Position numbers and translations under genes: made by a program. The notes under the pieces are model-generated. The model was not told where the DNA came from, ran no database searches, and saw nothing but the letters and a program-made list of their open reading frames with translations. Of a DNA stretch of 64,000 nt, positions 13,117 through 24,624 are shown piece by piece; position 1 is the first letter of the stretch; each line of letters starts with the position of its first letter. The DNA comes from Macrostomum lignano (Eukaryota). The DNA lies in the NCBI GenBank assembly GCA_002269645.1, contig NIVC01000646.1, forward strand, positions 186,001 to 250,000. Reading direction: 5' to 3'.

Positions 13117-16080
13117 ATGGGCCAGCTGCTGTCATTCGAGCAGTCAGTGAACCAGACGGTGGACCTCATCAAGCACCACAAGTGCCGCAATCCGATCTGC
13201 GAGACCCAGCTGTGGAAGCTGCGCCACGAGCTGGACTCCGCCAAGCGGAAGGTGCAGAAACTCGAGACACTGATCTGCTCCCGGCTGGACCCCGGCACCT
13301 CGGCGATGGAGCTCGAGGGACGCTGGGCTGGCTCCGATGACGATTACCTGCCAATCACAGACTGGTGAGCCGCTTGGCAACTAGCTGCCGATGCAGACAC
13401 AAAAATGCTCACAAAATCGTTGTCGCAACAAGGACGTGCCTTTGTAGCATTTCTGCTGGGTCTTGTCGAGGCGGAGAGAGTTCCATGCCGCTGTGCAGCC
13501 TGTGTGAGCGTGCGTGTGCTCAGGGGTCAACGCCATGTACATCTCTGTGCCTCGGGAGTTGGTCTGCATGGGCGGGAATCGCGCAACAGCCATAGACAAT
13601 TTTTTGTGCACAAGCCATGTACATCTCTGTGCCTCGGGAGTTGGTCTGCATGGGCGGGAATCGCACAACAGCCATAGACAATTCTTTGTGCACAAGCCGA
13701 ATCGAACCCTGGGTCTTGCTTTGCGAAATTCGGACACCCGTTAACCATGCCCCTAATAGCTGCCCTAATACAGTAGTGTCTACTACCAGTAACCAGATTG
13801 GCTTATCAACATTGCTGCTACTTTTCCGCAGCACGGAAGCGGAAATTTCCAATCGGTTGCGATTCGATTCTGAGGAGGCGGCGGTGCATCATCATCATGC
13901 GCATCATGAACATCCTCAGCAGCACGCGCGCAGGCGGCAACAGCAGCTGCATCATCATCAGCAAAGGCAGCAGCTGGAGAAGCTGCCGGAGCTACCTCTG
14001 CTGCAATACGGCAGCGAGAGCGAGGTACCCGTGGCGGGCGGCTTCGGCAGCCGGCGCTGCCCAGAGTGCAGCAGCCACGGGGTGGAGGCTGCAGGAGTCG
14101 GGGAGTCGGGGTTGCCAGCGGCTGGTAGCGAATTCGGCAGTGAAGAACTGCAGGTACGCATTGAAGTGTTGATGCCTGACTGACGGCATTACAATGAAGG
14201 CCTGCTGAATCTCAACCTGACTTCTCAGTCTCACTGAATCTAAACCTGACATCTCAGTCTCACTGAATCTCAACCTGACATCCCAGTCTCACTGAATCTC
14301 AACCTGACATCTCAGTCTCACTGAATCTAAACCTGACATCTCAGTCTCACTGAATCTCAACCTGACATCTCAGTCTCACTGAATCTCAACCTGACATCCC
14401 AGTCTCACTGAATCTCAACCTGACATCTCAGTCTCACTGAATCTAAACCTGACATTTCAGTCTCACCGAATCTCAACCTGACATCTCAGTCTCACTGAAT
14501 CTCAACCTGACATCTCAGTCTCACTGAATCTCAACCTGACATCTCAGTCTCACTGAATCTTAACCTGACATCTCAGTCTCACTGAATCTCAACCTGATAT
14601 TTCATTGAATCTCAACCTGATATTTCACTGAATCTCAACCTGATATTTCATTGAATCTCAACCTGATATTTCACTGAATCTCAACCTGACATCTCAGTCT
14701 CACTGAATCTCAACCTGACATCTCAGTCTCACTGAATCTCAACCTGACATCTCAGTCTCACTGAATCTCAACCTGACATCTCAGTCTCACTGAATCTTAA
14801 CCTGACATCTCAGTCTCACTGAATCTCAACCTGATATTTCATTGAATCTCAACCTGATATTTCACTGAATCTCAACCTGATATTTCATTGAATCTCAACC
14901 TGATATTTCACTGAATCTCAACCTGATATTTCATTGAATCTCAACCTGATATTTCACTGAATCTCAACCTGATATTTCATTGAATCTCAACCTGATATTT
15001 CACTGAATCTCAACCTGACATCTCAGTCTCACTGAATCTCAACCTGATATTCCACTGAATCTCAACCTGACATCTCAGTCTCACTGAATCTCAACCTGAC
15101 ATCTCAGTCTCACTAAATCTCAACCTGACATCTCAGTCTCACTGAATCTCCACCTGATATTTCATTGAATCTCAACCTGATATTTCACTGAATCTCTACC
15201 TGATATTTCACTGAATCTCAACCTGATATTCCACTGAATCTCTACCTGATATTTCACTGAATCTCAACCTGATATTCCACTGAATCTCAACCTGATATTT
15301 CACTGAATCTCAACCTGATATTCCACTGAATCTCAACCTGACATCTGTCTCATTGAATCTCAACCTGATATTTCATTGAATCTCAACCTGATATTTCACT
15401 GAATCTCAACCTGATATTTAACTGAATCTCAACCTGACATCTGTCTCACTGAATCTCAACCTGATATTCCACTGAATCTCTACCTGGTATTCCACTGAAT
15501 CTCTACCTGATATTTCACTGAATCTCTAACTGATATTTCAATGAATCTCAACCTGACATCTCAGTCTCACTGAATCTCAACCTGATATTTCATTGAATCT
15601 CAACCTGATATTTCACTGAATCTCAACCTGATATTTCATTGAATCTCAACCTGATATTTCACTGAATCTCTACCTGATATTTCACTGAATCTCAACCTGA
15701 TATTTCACTGAATCTCAACCTGACATTCCACTGAATCTCTATCTAATATTCCACTGATTCTCAACCTGACATCTCAGTCTCACTGAATCTCAACCTGATA
15801 TTTCACTGAATCTCAACCTGACATCTCAGTCTCACTGAATCTCAACCTGATATTTCATTGCATCTCAACTAACAATGAACTGAATTTCAATCTGACGAGT
15901 TCTGACATCACCTGACAACCATTGCAGAGGCTGCATCAGCAGCAGAGGCGGCCCGCAGAGATTCTCTACAAGCACCCCAGCATTCGCAGCCGCCGCAGGC
16001 CATCCGATCTCATCGATAACAGCGAAGCCGGAGGCCAGCCGCCCTCCGGGGCTCCTGTGGAGAGAGAATCCGCACTCTGA
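13117..16080 (+). CDS. Predicted 3-exon gene, 240-aa protein of unknown function (N-terminal coiled-coil-like segment, His/Gln-rich tract)
   Basis: Exons 13117-13364, 13832-14153, 15928-16080. Donor TG|GTGAGC (phase 2) matches acceptor TTTTCCGCAG|C; donor CAG|GTACGC (phase 0) matches acceptor CATTGCAG|AGG. Total 723 nt, open to TGA at 16078-16080. An acceptor-like CCCCGCAG sits 3 nt before the ATG, so an upstream exon is possible. Confidence 0.7.
13455..13765 (-). mobile_element. tRNA-derived SINE copy (minus strand, with internal 82-bp tandem duplication) abutting a plus-oriented fragment of the same family, in intron 1
   Basis: Minus strand has a B-box GGGTTCGATTC; the body resembles 39040-39130 and 59640-59820; the 82-bp unit repeats at 13532 and 13614. 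Confidence 0.6.
14205..15870. repeat. Intronic minisatellite with 29-bp (CTGAATCTCAACCTGACATCTCAGTCTCA) and 23-bp (CTGAATCTCAACCTGATATTTCA) units
   Basis: Visible tandem units sharing the core CTGAATCTCAACCTGA; fills predicted intron 2 (14154-15927). Confidence 0.95.
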
Positions 16081-16369
16081 TGTCTAGATAGTACAGTATG
16101 CAATTCCAACTGGCCATGTCGCATCAATCAATAATTATTGAATTTGCTACTAGGAAAGTTCCTTATAATACTGATTTCCACTGCGTCTACATGCAACACA
16201 AAGCAGCCCTGATACGCCCTCTTGTGATTACTGACTTCTTATTTTGTCAGATCGGTGTGCACTTTGTTTCAATTGGGCTACGTAATGCATGCACTATGAA
16301 GGGATTAATGAAAATGAGCAATGCAAGTTTTGCTTGCTTGTATCGAGGGGAAGCCGTCATTTGCAGTAA

Positions 16370-17062
16370 TGACTGCCAGTGACATTTGACTGCCAGTGAC
16401 ATTTTGACCGTCAGTGACATTTGACTGCCAGTGTCATTTGACTCCGATTGACATTTGACTGCCAGTGACATTTTGACCGTCAGTGACATTTGACTGCCAG
16501 TGACATTTGACTGCCAGTGAAATTTGACTGCCAGTGACAATTGACTGCCAGTGACAATTGACTGCCAGTGACAAGTTGACTGCCAGTGTCATTTGACTGC
16601 CAGTGACAAGTTGACTGCCAGTGACATTTGACTGCCAGTGACATTTTGACCGTCAGTGACATTTGACTGCCAGTGTCATTTGACTCCGAGTGACATTTGA
16701 TTGCCAGTGACATTTTGACCGTCAGTGACATTTGACTGCCAGTGACATTTGACTGCCAGTGAAATTTGACTGCCAGTGACAATTGACTGCCAGTGACAAT
16801 TGACTGCCAGTGACAAGTTGACTGCCAGTGTCATTTGACTGCCAGTGACAAGTTGACTGCCAGTGACATTTGACTGCCAGTGACAATTTGACTGCCAGTG
16901 ACAAGTTGACTGCCAGTGACATTTGACTGCCAGTGACAATTTGACTGCCAGTGACAATTTGACTGCCTGTGACATTTGACTGCCAGTGACATTTGACTGC
17001 CAGTGTCATTTGACTGCCAGTGACATTTGACTGCCAGTAACATTTAACTGCCAGTGACATTT
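16370..17062. repeat. 17/18-bp minisatellite (GACTGCCAGTGACATTT)n
   Basis: Visible tandem repeat; the short ORFs here are repeat translations. Confidence 0.95.
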
Positions 17063-17397
17063 TACCGCCATTTGCCGGACTGAATTGCATACAAGCAAAG
17101 CAAAACACTTTTTTTTCAACTATTCTTTTAACTTGGACACTATTCCAGGAATTGTTGATGCCAAACAACTCCTTAATTAATTTATGCAGCAACAGCAGCT
17201 GGGACAGGCAAGTAATGGTGAAACCGATCGATCCTCCCACCTAAGAATGGCGTGAAGTGTTGTGTTAAAAACTTATATTTAGCATACACTATAAATAAAT
17301 GGTTTACTGTTCGGCGCACAGCTGACATGGTACACCCACAGATTCTACAATGACTAGATGGGTCACTAAAAGCATGTATGCTTAGTAAAAACACTTT

Positions 17398-17744
17398 CTA
17401 CTTTCAGTTCAGTAGCAAAGAAGAATATATAAGCTATTTCTTTAGAAATAAAGGCAGCTGAAATAACTTTGATAAGTTCAGAAGCCCAAAGCTTGCAGGC
17501 GTAAACAACTTGCTAATTGGTTCAGCAGTAATGTACATTAGCCAGTCCACTGAAATGTACATGGCAGCTTTAGGCTGGAATTCCGAGAAAGGCAATAAAA
17601 TTTAGGCTGGGACGGGGCGGGGGTAGTGTGGAAAGGCGCGGCTGGAGGGTTTAAGCTTGGGGGGTAAGAGCCAATTGAGCCAATTTTAGGCTTTAAAAAT
17701 GTATTAAAATGCGTCAGTTTAACTTGCTACTGAACTGAAAGTAG
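17398..17744. mobile_element. MITE-like element with perfect 21-bp inverted repeats
   Basis: CTACTTTCAGTTCAGTAGCAA at 17398 and its exact reverse complement ending at 17744; imperfect inverted similarity continues outward; a related inverted copy lies at ~30760-31046. Confidence 0.7.
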
Positions 17745-18361
17745 CTTACAAGCAAATGTGCTGAGTGGCCCATCTAGCTATTCTAGTATCTGTGGTATAG
17801 CTACTCCATCAAACTAAGAATGATGCATTCACTGCAGAAACTACTGACAAAATTGAGTTCAGTAGTTGATATTCGCGCTGTCGCGAGTTGCAGAATTTTT
17901 TACATTAGCTTCTATGGCCACATAAGCGGTTAAAATGAGTGGCCCATCTTGTGTATATATGATCTTTGGGATAGCCTATTAAATTTCTATGCTCGTGCTC
18001 CTCAAATCAGATTTTAAATCAAATCTGTGATTTTACCGATCAGAAAAAATTAACAACGCAAGTAAGTTAGGCCAAAGCCTGGCAATAATTACAAACGTAA
18101 ATGGGTCTAGAAGAACTTACGAGTAAAAGATGCAACTTTAATAGAAATTATTGCTGGTGTATTAGAACCAGGGGAAATGCACAGCTTGGTAAAAAAAAAC
18201 TAAAAAATAGAACGGCTACCTGTACTATGAGCTAAACAAAGGCGACAGAGATTTTTTTTATTAATTTTGGTCTTTTCAAAAGATTTTTTGGCAAAGAGAA
18301 AAAATGCAAATCAGCAAACCGGAAGTTTCAGTTTATTATTGGCAAAACAAGCCAGACAAAC

Positions 18362-21332
18362 TCAATCCCAATCGTCAGCGGTGACCGGCTGTGTAGCCAC
18401 CGGGTTGGCACGGAACATCCTCTCGGCGAAGTCGCCCTCGTCGGGCTGCTCGCGGAACCGGTCTCTGGCGACGCTGCGCCTCATGTCGCGATTGCTGCCT
18501 ACAAAGCCGCCGAAGCCGCCGAAGCCGCCGCCGCAGGACTGGTCCGCGTAAACGTCGAGCCAGTCTGGCACGGACTGACCGGACTTCTCCAGATTCTGGC
18601 GCAACTTGAGGGCCAGGGCCGAGTCGCGTCCGTGGTCGTAAAACGAGATCGACTTTCCCGGGTTGCCGCAGCGACCTGTGCGACCAATGCGATGCACGTA
18701 CATGTCGAAGTCATTCGGCAGGTCCATGTTGATCACCAGCTCGATTCCGTTGATGTCAACGCCGCGAGCCGACACGTTTGTGGCGACCATAATCGGCAGC
18801 CTGCCACGCTGGAACGAGCGCAGGGAGATTTCTCTTTCGCGCTGCAGCCGGTCCCCGTGAATTGTGGTGCACGGGAAGCCGCCGTCAGATAGCATGAGGC
18901 CGACATAGTCGGCTCTGCGCTTTGACTCAACAAAGATCAGAATGCGATCGTCCGCCTGGCTGGGGTCGCTGCGCCAACGCTTGAGAATTTCAATCAGAGC
19001 GGCCTGCTTGTCGTCCTGCTGCACCTCGCGAACTTCCTGAGTCACGTCGGGATTGGCTGCGCCCACCTGACCCACAGTCAGGTACAAATAGTTCTGCAGG
19101 TACTGCTGAGCCAAAGCTTGAATCTGACTAGGGAACGTGGCCGAGAACATCACAATCTGCCTGTCAGAAGGCATCTGCTCCAGCGTCCAGGTCACCGAGT
19201 CCAGGAAGCCCCTGTCAAGCATCTGGTCGGCCTCGTCAAGCACAAGGAAGCGGGTCTTGTTCAGGCTGACAATGTTCCTCTCGGCAAAGTCCTTCAGCCG
19301 GCCGGGAGTGGCCACCAGAATGTGGCAGCCGTTAGCCAGTTCCGCGCGCAAGTAGTCGGTCTTGGGACCGCCGTACACGCGCTTGACGCGAATATTTGTG
19401 CCAGCCAGAAATCCCCTGGCAGAAGGAATGAGATGAAGAGCGATCGCTATAGCATCGCTTCAAATACAATCCCAAAATTTTGCCTATTAATAATTACGTA
19501 CTTTAAATTGTACATTTAGTACCGTTTATATCGATTGACCCTAAAATGCCGGTTTGACACTTACTCATTTACCCTGGCACTTGGTCTCTGTCAGGACGAA
19601 CAGAAAGTTGGAAAGCTTACCTAGCGAAATCATAAATTTGATTGCACAGCTCTCGGGTGGGAGTCAGTATAAGAGCGACCGGGTAGGTGGTGTACTGAGC
19701 AACAGTAGAATCGCTGGTGTCCAGCTCGGCGATCATCTTTGCCAGAGGTAGCAAAAAGGCCGCAGTCTTGCCCGAGCCCGTCTGGGCGCAGGCCATCACA
19801 TCTCTTCCTTTGAGGATGATGGGGATGCCGTACTTCTGCACCGGCGTGAGCTTGTTGTAGTTGTACTTGCGGAGAATGTTATCCAGCATCACGCTGGGCA
19901 GCCCGATGGCATCGAAGCTGGTCAGGTAGCCCGGCTTGTCGGTTCCCGACACCTCTACGTTGATTTGCTCGTACTTGTCGAAATTGATGCCCGTGTGGAC
20001 GGTCCGGCTGTAAATCTCGTCTAGCTGAGACTCTTCAGGCACGTGAGCAGTCGAGGCACCGGGGGCATCACCGGCGGCGACATTCGGGCAGTCGGCAGAG
20101 ATGTGGCCCGTCTCCTTACAGCGGAAGCAGGCACGTGCGTCCGCGTTTGGACATTCGCGAGCAAAATGGCCACTCTGGTTGCACTTGTAGCATACAGACC
20201 CGCCACCGCCGCCTCCAGCTTCAGCGTTTGGACACTCGCGGGCAAAATGGCCACTCTGGTTGCACTTGTAGCAGACAGAACCGCCACCGCCGCATCCAGC
20301 GCCATCATCAGCGGAGGCTCGAAAGCCACCTCGGCCTCCTCCGCGGCTGCCAAAGCCACCACCGCGGCTGCCGAAGCCACCTCCACCACCTTCAGCGCCA
20401 TCATCAGCGGAGGCGCCAAAGCCACCTCGGCCTCCTCCGCGGCTGCCAAAGCCACCACCGCGGCTGCCGAAGCCACCTCCACCACCATCAGCGCCATCAT
20501 CAACGGAGGCTCCGAAGCCACCTCGGCCTCCTCCGCGGCTGCCGAAGCCACCTCCGCCACCATCAGCGCCATCATCAACGGAGGCTCCGAAGCCACCTCG
20601 GCCTCCTCCGCGGCTGCCAAAGCCACCACCGCGGCTGCCGAAGCCACCTCCGCCACCATCAGCGCCATCATCAACGGAGGCTCCAAAGCCACCTCGGCCT
20701 CCTCCACGACTGCAGAAGCCACCACCACCGCGGTTGCTGAAGCCACCACCACCACCGCGGCTGCCGAAGCCACCTCCGCCACCTTCAGCGCCATCATCAG
20801 CATGGGCTCCGAAGCCGCCACGGCCTACGCCGCGGCTGCCGAAGCCACCTCCGCCACCATCATAAGCGGAGGCTCCGAAGCCGCCACGGCCTCCTCTACG
20901 AGTACGACTGCCGAATCCGCTATCACCGCGGCTGCTGAAGTCATCACCACCACCGCGGCTGCCGAAGCCACCTCCGCCACCTTCAGCGCCATCATCAGCA
21001 TGGGCTCCGAAGCCGCCACGGCCTACGCCGCGGCTGCCGAAGCCACCTCCGCCACCTTCAGCGCCATCATCAGCATGGGCTCCGAAGCCGCCACGGCCTA
21101 CGCCGCGGCTGCCGAAGCCACCTCCGCCACCTTCAGCGCCATCATCAGCGGAGGCTCCGAAGCCGCCACGGCCTCCTCCGCGGCTGCCAAAGCGACCACT
21201 GCGACCAGTCTCGCTTCTGCCAGTCTCACCTGCATTACGGTCGGCTTCAAGGGTCAGCTTTGAAAAATCATCAGTCAATGGCGCCCATTCGTCTTCGTTG
21301 GCGTCTTTAATAAGGAATCTCTTGCCAGCCAT
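18362..21332 (-). CDS. vasa: Vasa/DDX4 DEAD-box RNA helicase, copy A (921 aa, 2 exons, 3 CCHC knuckles)
   Basis: Exons 21332-19621 and 19415-18362 with a phase-2 GTAAG..CAG intron. RGG/FG repeats, motifs [38 protein letters not shown] and acidic C-terminal Trp (DDWD). Confidence 0.95.
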
Positions 21333-21851
21333 ACGCTGCTGTTTTAGATTGCCAGAAGCATAAGAGTTTTAATGCGATCGGTGACATCGGTGACAAACTC
21401 TATAAGTTTCTTTATAAATGGTGAACACTAAATGTACCCATGCGTTAATAGGTGTTAATAGAAAATCAGAGGGCGCCTTGGTTCTACATGTAGATTGGGG
21501 GCATCAATGATTACTGTACTCGTACCATAGACATTTTAGCTCAAGCTACACCCCGAGAGTGAGGGACGGGGTGTGGGGGCGAAGCCCTACCCACTACCAT
21601 AGACTAATTTGTTTTCTAGTAAATAAACTTCACAAATTTGCAGCCGGTTAATAGACCTTCGGCCATAGACAGCTCGTTTTATATCTATTTAACCTTAGAT
21701 TCTAAACACTTATTTTTTCAGCCAAATTGAGGATTGCAATTTGGCAGCAGTAGATTATGGTCTTGCCAAAAGGCAAGCGAGTTTATAAAAAGTAACCAAT
21801 TTGATAATTCTGATCTTAACTACATGGAAGTCGGTGTTTAAGCATGATTTC

Positions 21852-22073
21852 TATTGGGTAAAACAGAAATTTTTCGCAATTTGGAAAGTTAAGCCTACAG
21901 AAATTTCTAGAGGCTTCTAGAAGGTTTTGTGTGCAGAGGTATATAAATGCCTTAGACCGACGCAGAGCAACCCAAATTCAAGTTTGAGCTACAGTGCTAC
22001 AGTACTATTACATGTACAGTACTTAATTTCATAGAAAGCTTCACAAACCGCGAGAACTCTGTTTTACCCAATA
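21852..22073. mobile_element. Small putative MITE with 15-bp inverted repeats (possibly TA-flanked)
   Basis: TATTGGGTAAAACAG at 21852-21866 and CTGTTTTACCCAATA at 22059-22073. Confidence 0.45.
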
Positions 22074-22802
22074 CAAGAGCCGTTGCTGCTGGCATTCTTA
22101 TTTGTGCTGATGTCTATGGCCTAATTATCAACTTGTTTGCCTTTTTTCCGTCTGCCTGTTTATGAGCAACATCATATCTACTTGCTACCAAATGGTTTAG
22201 TTTCCCGTACTTTTACTTGTACTGCGTGTATGTATGTACGTATGAAATTGAATGAAGTTGTATAATAGATATCTTACTGAGCTTTCCGTACTCAGTGATA
22301 TTACTGAATTTATTATTTAATTTAGATTTCCCTACAAGCGTATAACGCAAAAAGTAATATTTAAACCACAGATACTAGACTAACTACGAGCAGAAACGTC
22401 AATCGTAAAAATGGCTTAACTACTCTTACTTCAGTAGCAAAACTAGCGTTTTGCCTTTGCAATAAGATTATAAAACCAGCATTTTGTTTTTTTAATAATA
22501 CAAGATATTTTAAAGCTGCAACATTGTCTCTGCCTTTTCAACAAGCAGATCCATTTGAGTAACGTATTTATCCTGTTTTTCTGTTATCTTGTTAAGCGAC
22601 ACCAGAAAGCCACAGATTCTAAATTATTAAAAAAATAATTTGACGGAGGAAAACTTAAAAGTAAAACCCCAAAACCAGTGCATGTGCAAAGCGAAAAAGA
22701 AAAAGGGGTGGCGTCCCAGCCCCAGTCAGGCCGATAACAGTTAACTGTTTAGGCTTTTCTCTTGCCCGCTTGCGCCTGACTTTGGCCTCACTCCTTACTA
22801 TT

Positions 22803-23053
22803 CTCATTGGCTGAGCTAGATTGGGCCTTCCCCAACCCTAGGCTCTGACTTTGACCTCTCTCCTTCTGCTCTCTCATTGGCTGAGCTAGATTGGGCCTGC
22901 CCCAACCCTAGGCTCTGACTTTGACCTCTCTCCTTCTGCTCTCTCATTGGCTGAGCTAGATTGGGCCTGCCCCAACCCTAGGCTCTGACTTTGACCTCTC
23001 TCCTTCTGCTCTCTCATTGGCTGAGCTATATTGGGCCTGCCCCATTGGCTGAG
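22803..23053. repeat. 70-bp tandem repeat (~3.5 copies) carrying CCAAT boxes
   Basis: Units start at 22803, 22873, 22943 and 23013; each contains CTCATTGGCT (AGCCAATGAG on the minus strand). Confidence 0.9.
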
Positions 23054-24624
23054 TTTCGTCCGTCTTGTGAAGTTGTGTTCACTTGTGCACATAAAGTTAA
23101 ATGCATGTTGTTATTTCTTAATTAACCCTATATTCTCAAGAGGCTGCAAACGCCGAGCAAGGAAAGGAAATTTTAGATGCCACATTAAATTTAAGTGATT
23201 CGGCATAGACAAACTACAGAAAAGGAGTCGACGCTCTACTTTTGACAGCTTTAATTGCGAGTGACATCTACTAGCTATGCTGATAGTTATTCTAGTATCT
23301 GTGATTAAAACCAAGGAGTGTTGAGAGCGTGTTGCATGCCAAGGCTCATTAACATTAAGCATTGTACGCTCGTATTTTCTGGGATGTTAATTGCTTTAAT
23401 TAACTTGTCCGAGTGAGTATGGACTCCTTTTGATGACCTTTCCCTATTTATCAGTAAGGTTTTTAAGGTTGGAAACAGCTATTTAGACCAACACATGGAC
23501 AAGTTTCCCTACATCAAATAAGAAAAAACTAAAGAAAAAGAGCAGCCAAATTTGAACAAAATAAAATAACCAAAGGATCGAAAGCCGATTTATTAAATGC
23601 ATCTTGCGAAGCGGACCGCGGAGCACAATGATAATTTCACAAAGGCGTTTCTTTAATCAACTGCAACACGAATGAATCACCAAATAAAAATAATTGGTGA
23701 ACGGGGCTTTATTGCTGTGGCCTTACAAATTGCAAGATATCGGAGGCAGCCTTATATTTTGAATCTAATTAAGGAAGCATATTTGCCCCTTGGTTCGATT
23801 CGATTTCATAGCACAGTAATACAGATAGCACAACAGTGTGCAGACAGCACAGCAATACAGTGAGCAGACAGCGTGTTATGCTACTAAAATGAGCAAACTG
23901 TACCATTGAATCGAATCATGAGACGCGGCTCAATGGGGGCGGGGTACTGGGTAAGCTAACCTGAAGTCTAGTAGTGATAAAGCTACTCTATAAACTAGGC
24001 TTTGAAACGATATTAAAAAGTAGAATATACAAATATAATAATAATAATAATAGTTAGTTTGGCTTAAACGGAAGTAGTATAAAGACGCGATATATAGATT
24101 AGCACCAGTTAGCACCAGGTGTGTATAAAAATGCAGCTTGTAAACAAATATTGCAGCATCGAGATTCCATCGCTGTCTCCTTCAGCTGTGAAAATCATGA
24201 GGACAGGAGCATCTGCAGCAAGCTAGCGCTAAACAGCAGAGTGCACAGGAGCTCAATCGATTCTATTACACATATAGGTTTATTTAGAACCACCGGAGGA
24301 CCCTGAGCACGCACTGCTCATTTTTGGAAAAAAAATTGGGCCATCGCAAATGTAATTAGGACTATTAAGAAATGACAGGGCCTATTTTTAAAAAAAAAGA
24401 TTGCAAAAATAATAAATTTGCCGAGACGATACAAAGCGTTTTAATAAAAATGTTTCAACGCAGATCGAGCACCAAGACAGCGAATTACCAGAGATCTGAC
24501 TCGCAGTGAATGGGAAAAGAAATAAACACGAAATGGCAACAAAAAGTCAAACAAGTACGAACACCGTGCAGTAAAAATTGTTTCTGCATGAAAACTTTCA
24601 GACACAGGTCGAGCAGCGCGGACC

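Noticed and set aside
16247-17240. ORFs reading MSLAVKCHWQS repeats
   Set aside because: Translations of a non-triplet 17/18-bp minisatellite that shift frame repeatedly.
20021-21263. Long alternative-frame and antisense ORFs over vasa A (266, 406, 201 aa)
   Set aside because: Shadows of GC-rich Gly/Arg repeat codons; the translations are low-complexity Ala/Thr strings with no independent features.
21333-24624. Duplicated intergenic spacer expected from a simple recent unequal crossover
   Set aside because: The B-A spacer and the C-B spacer (30216-32623) show no extended similarity by eye, so a recent whole-unit duplication is not supported.
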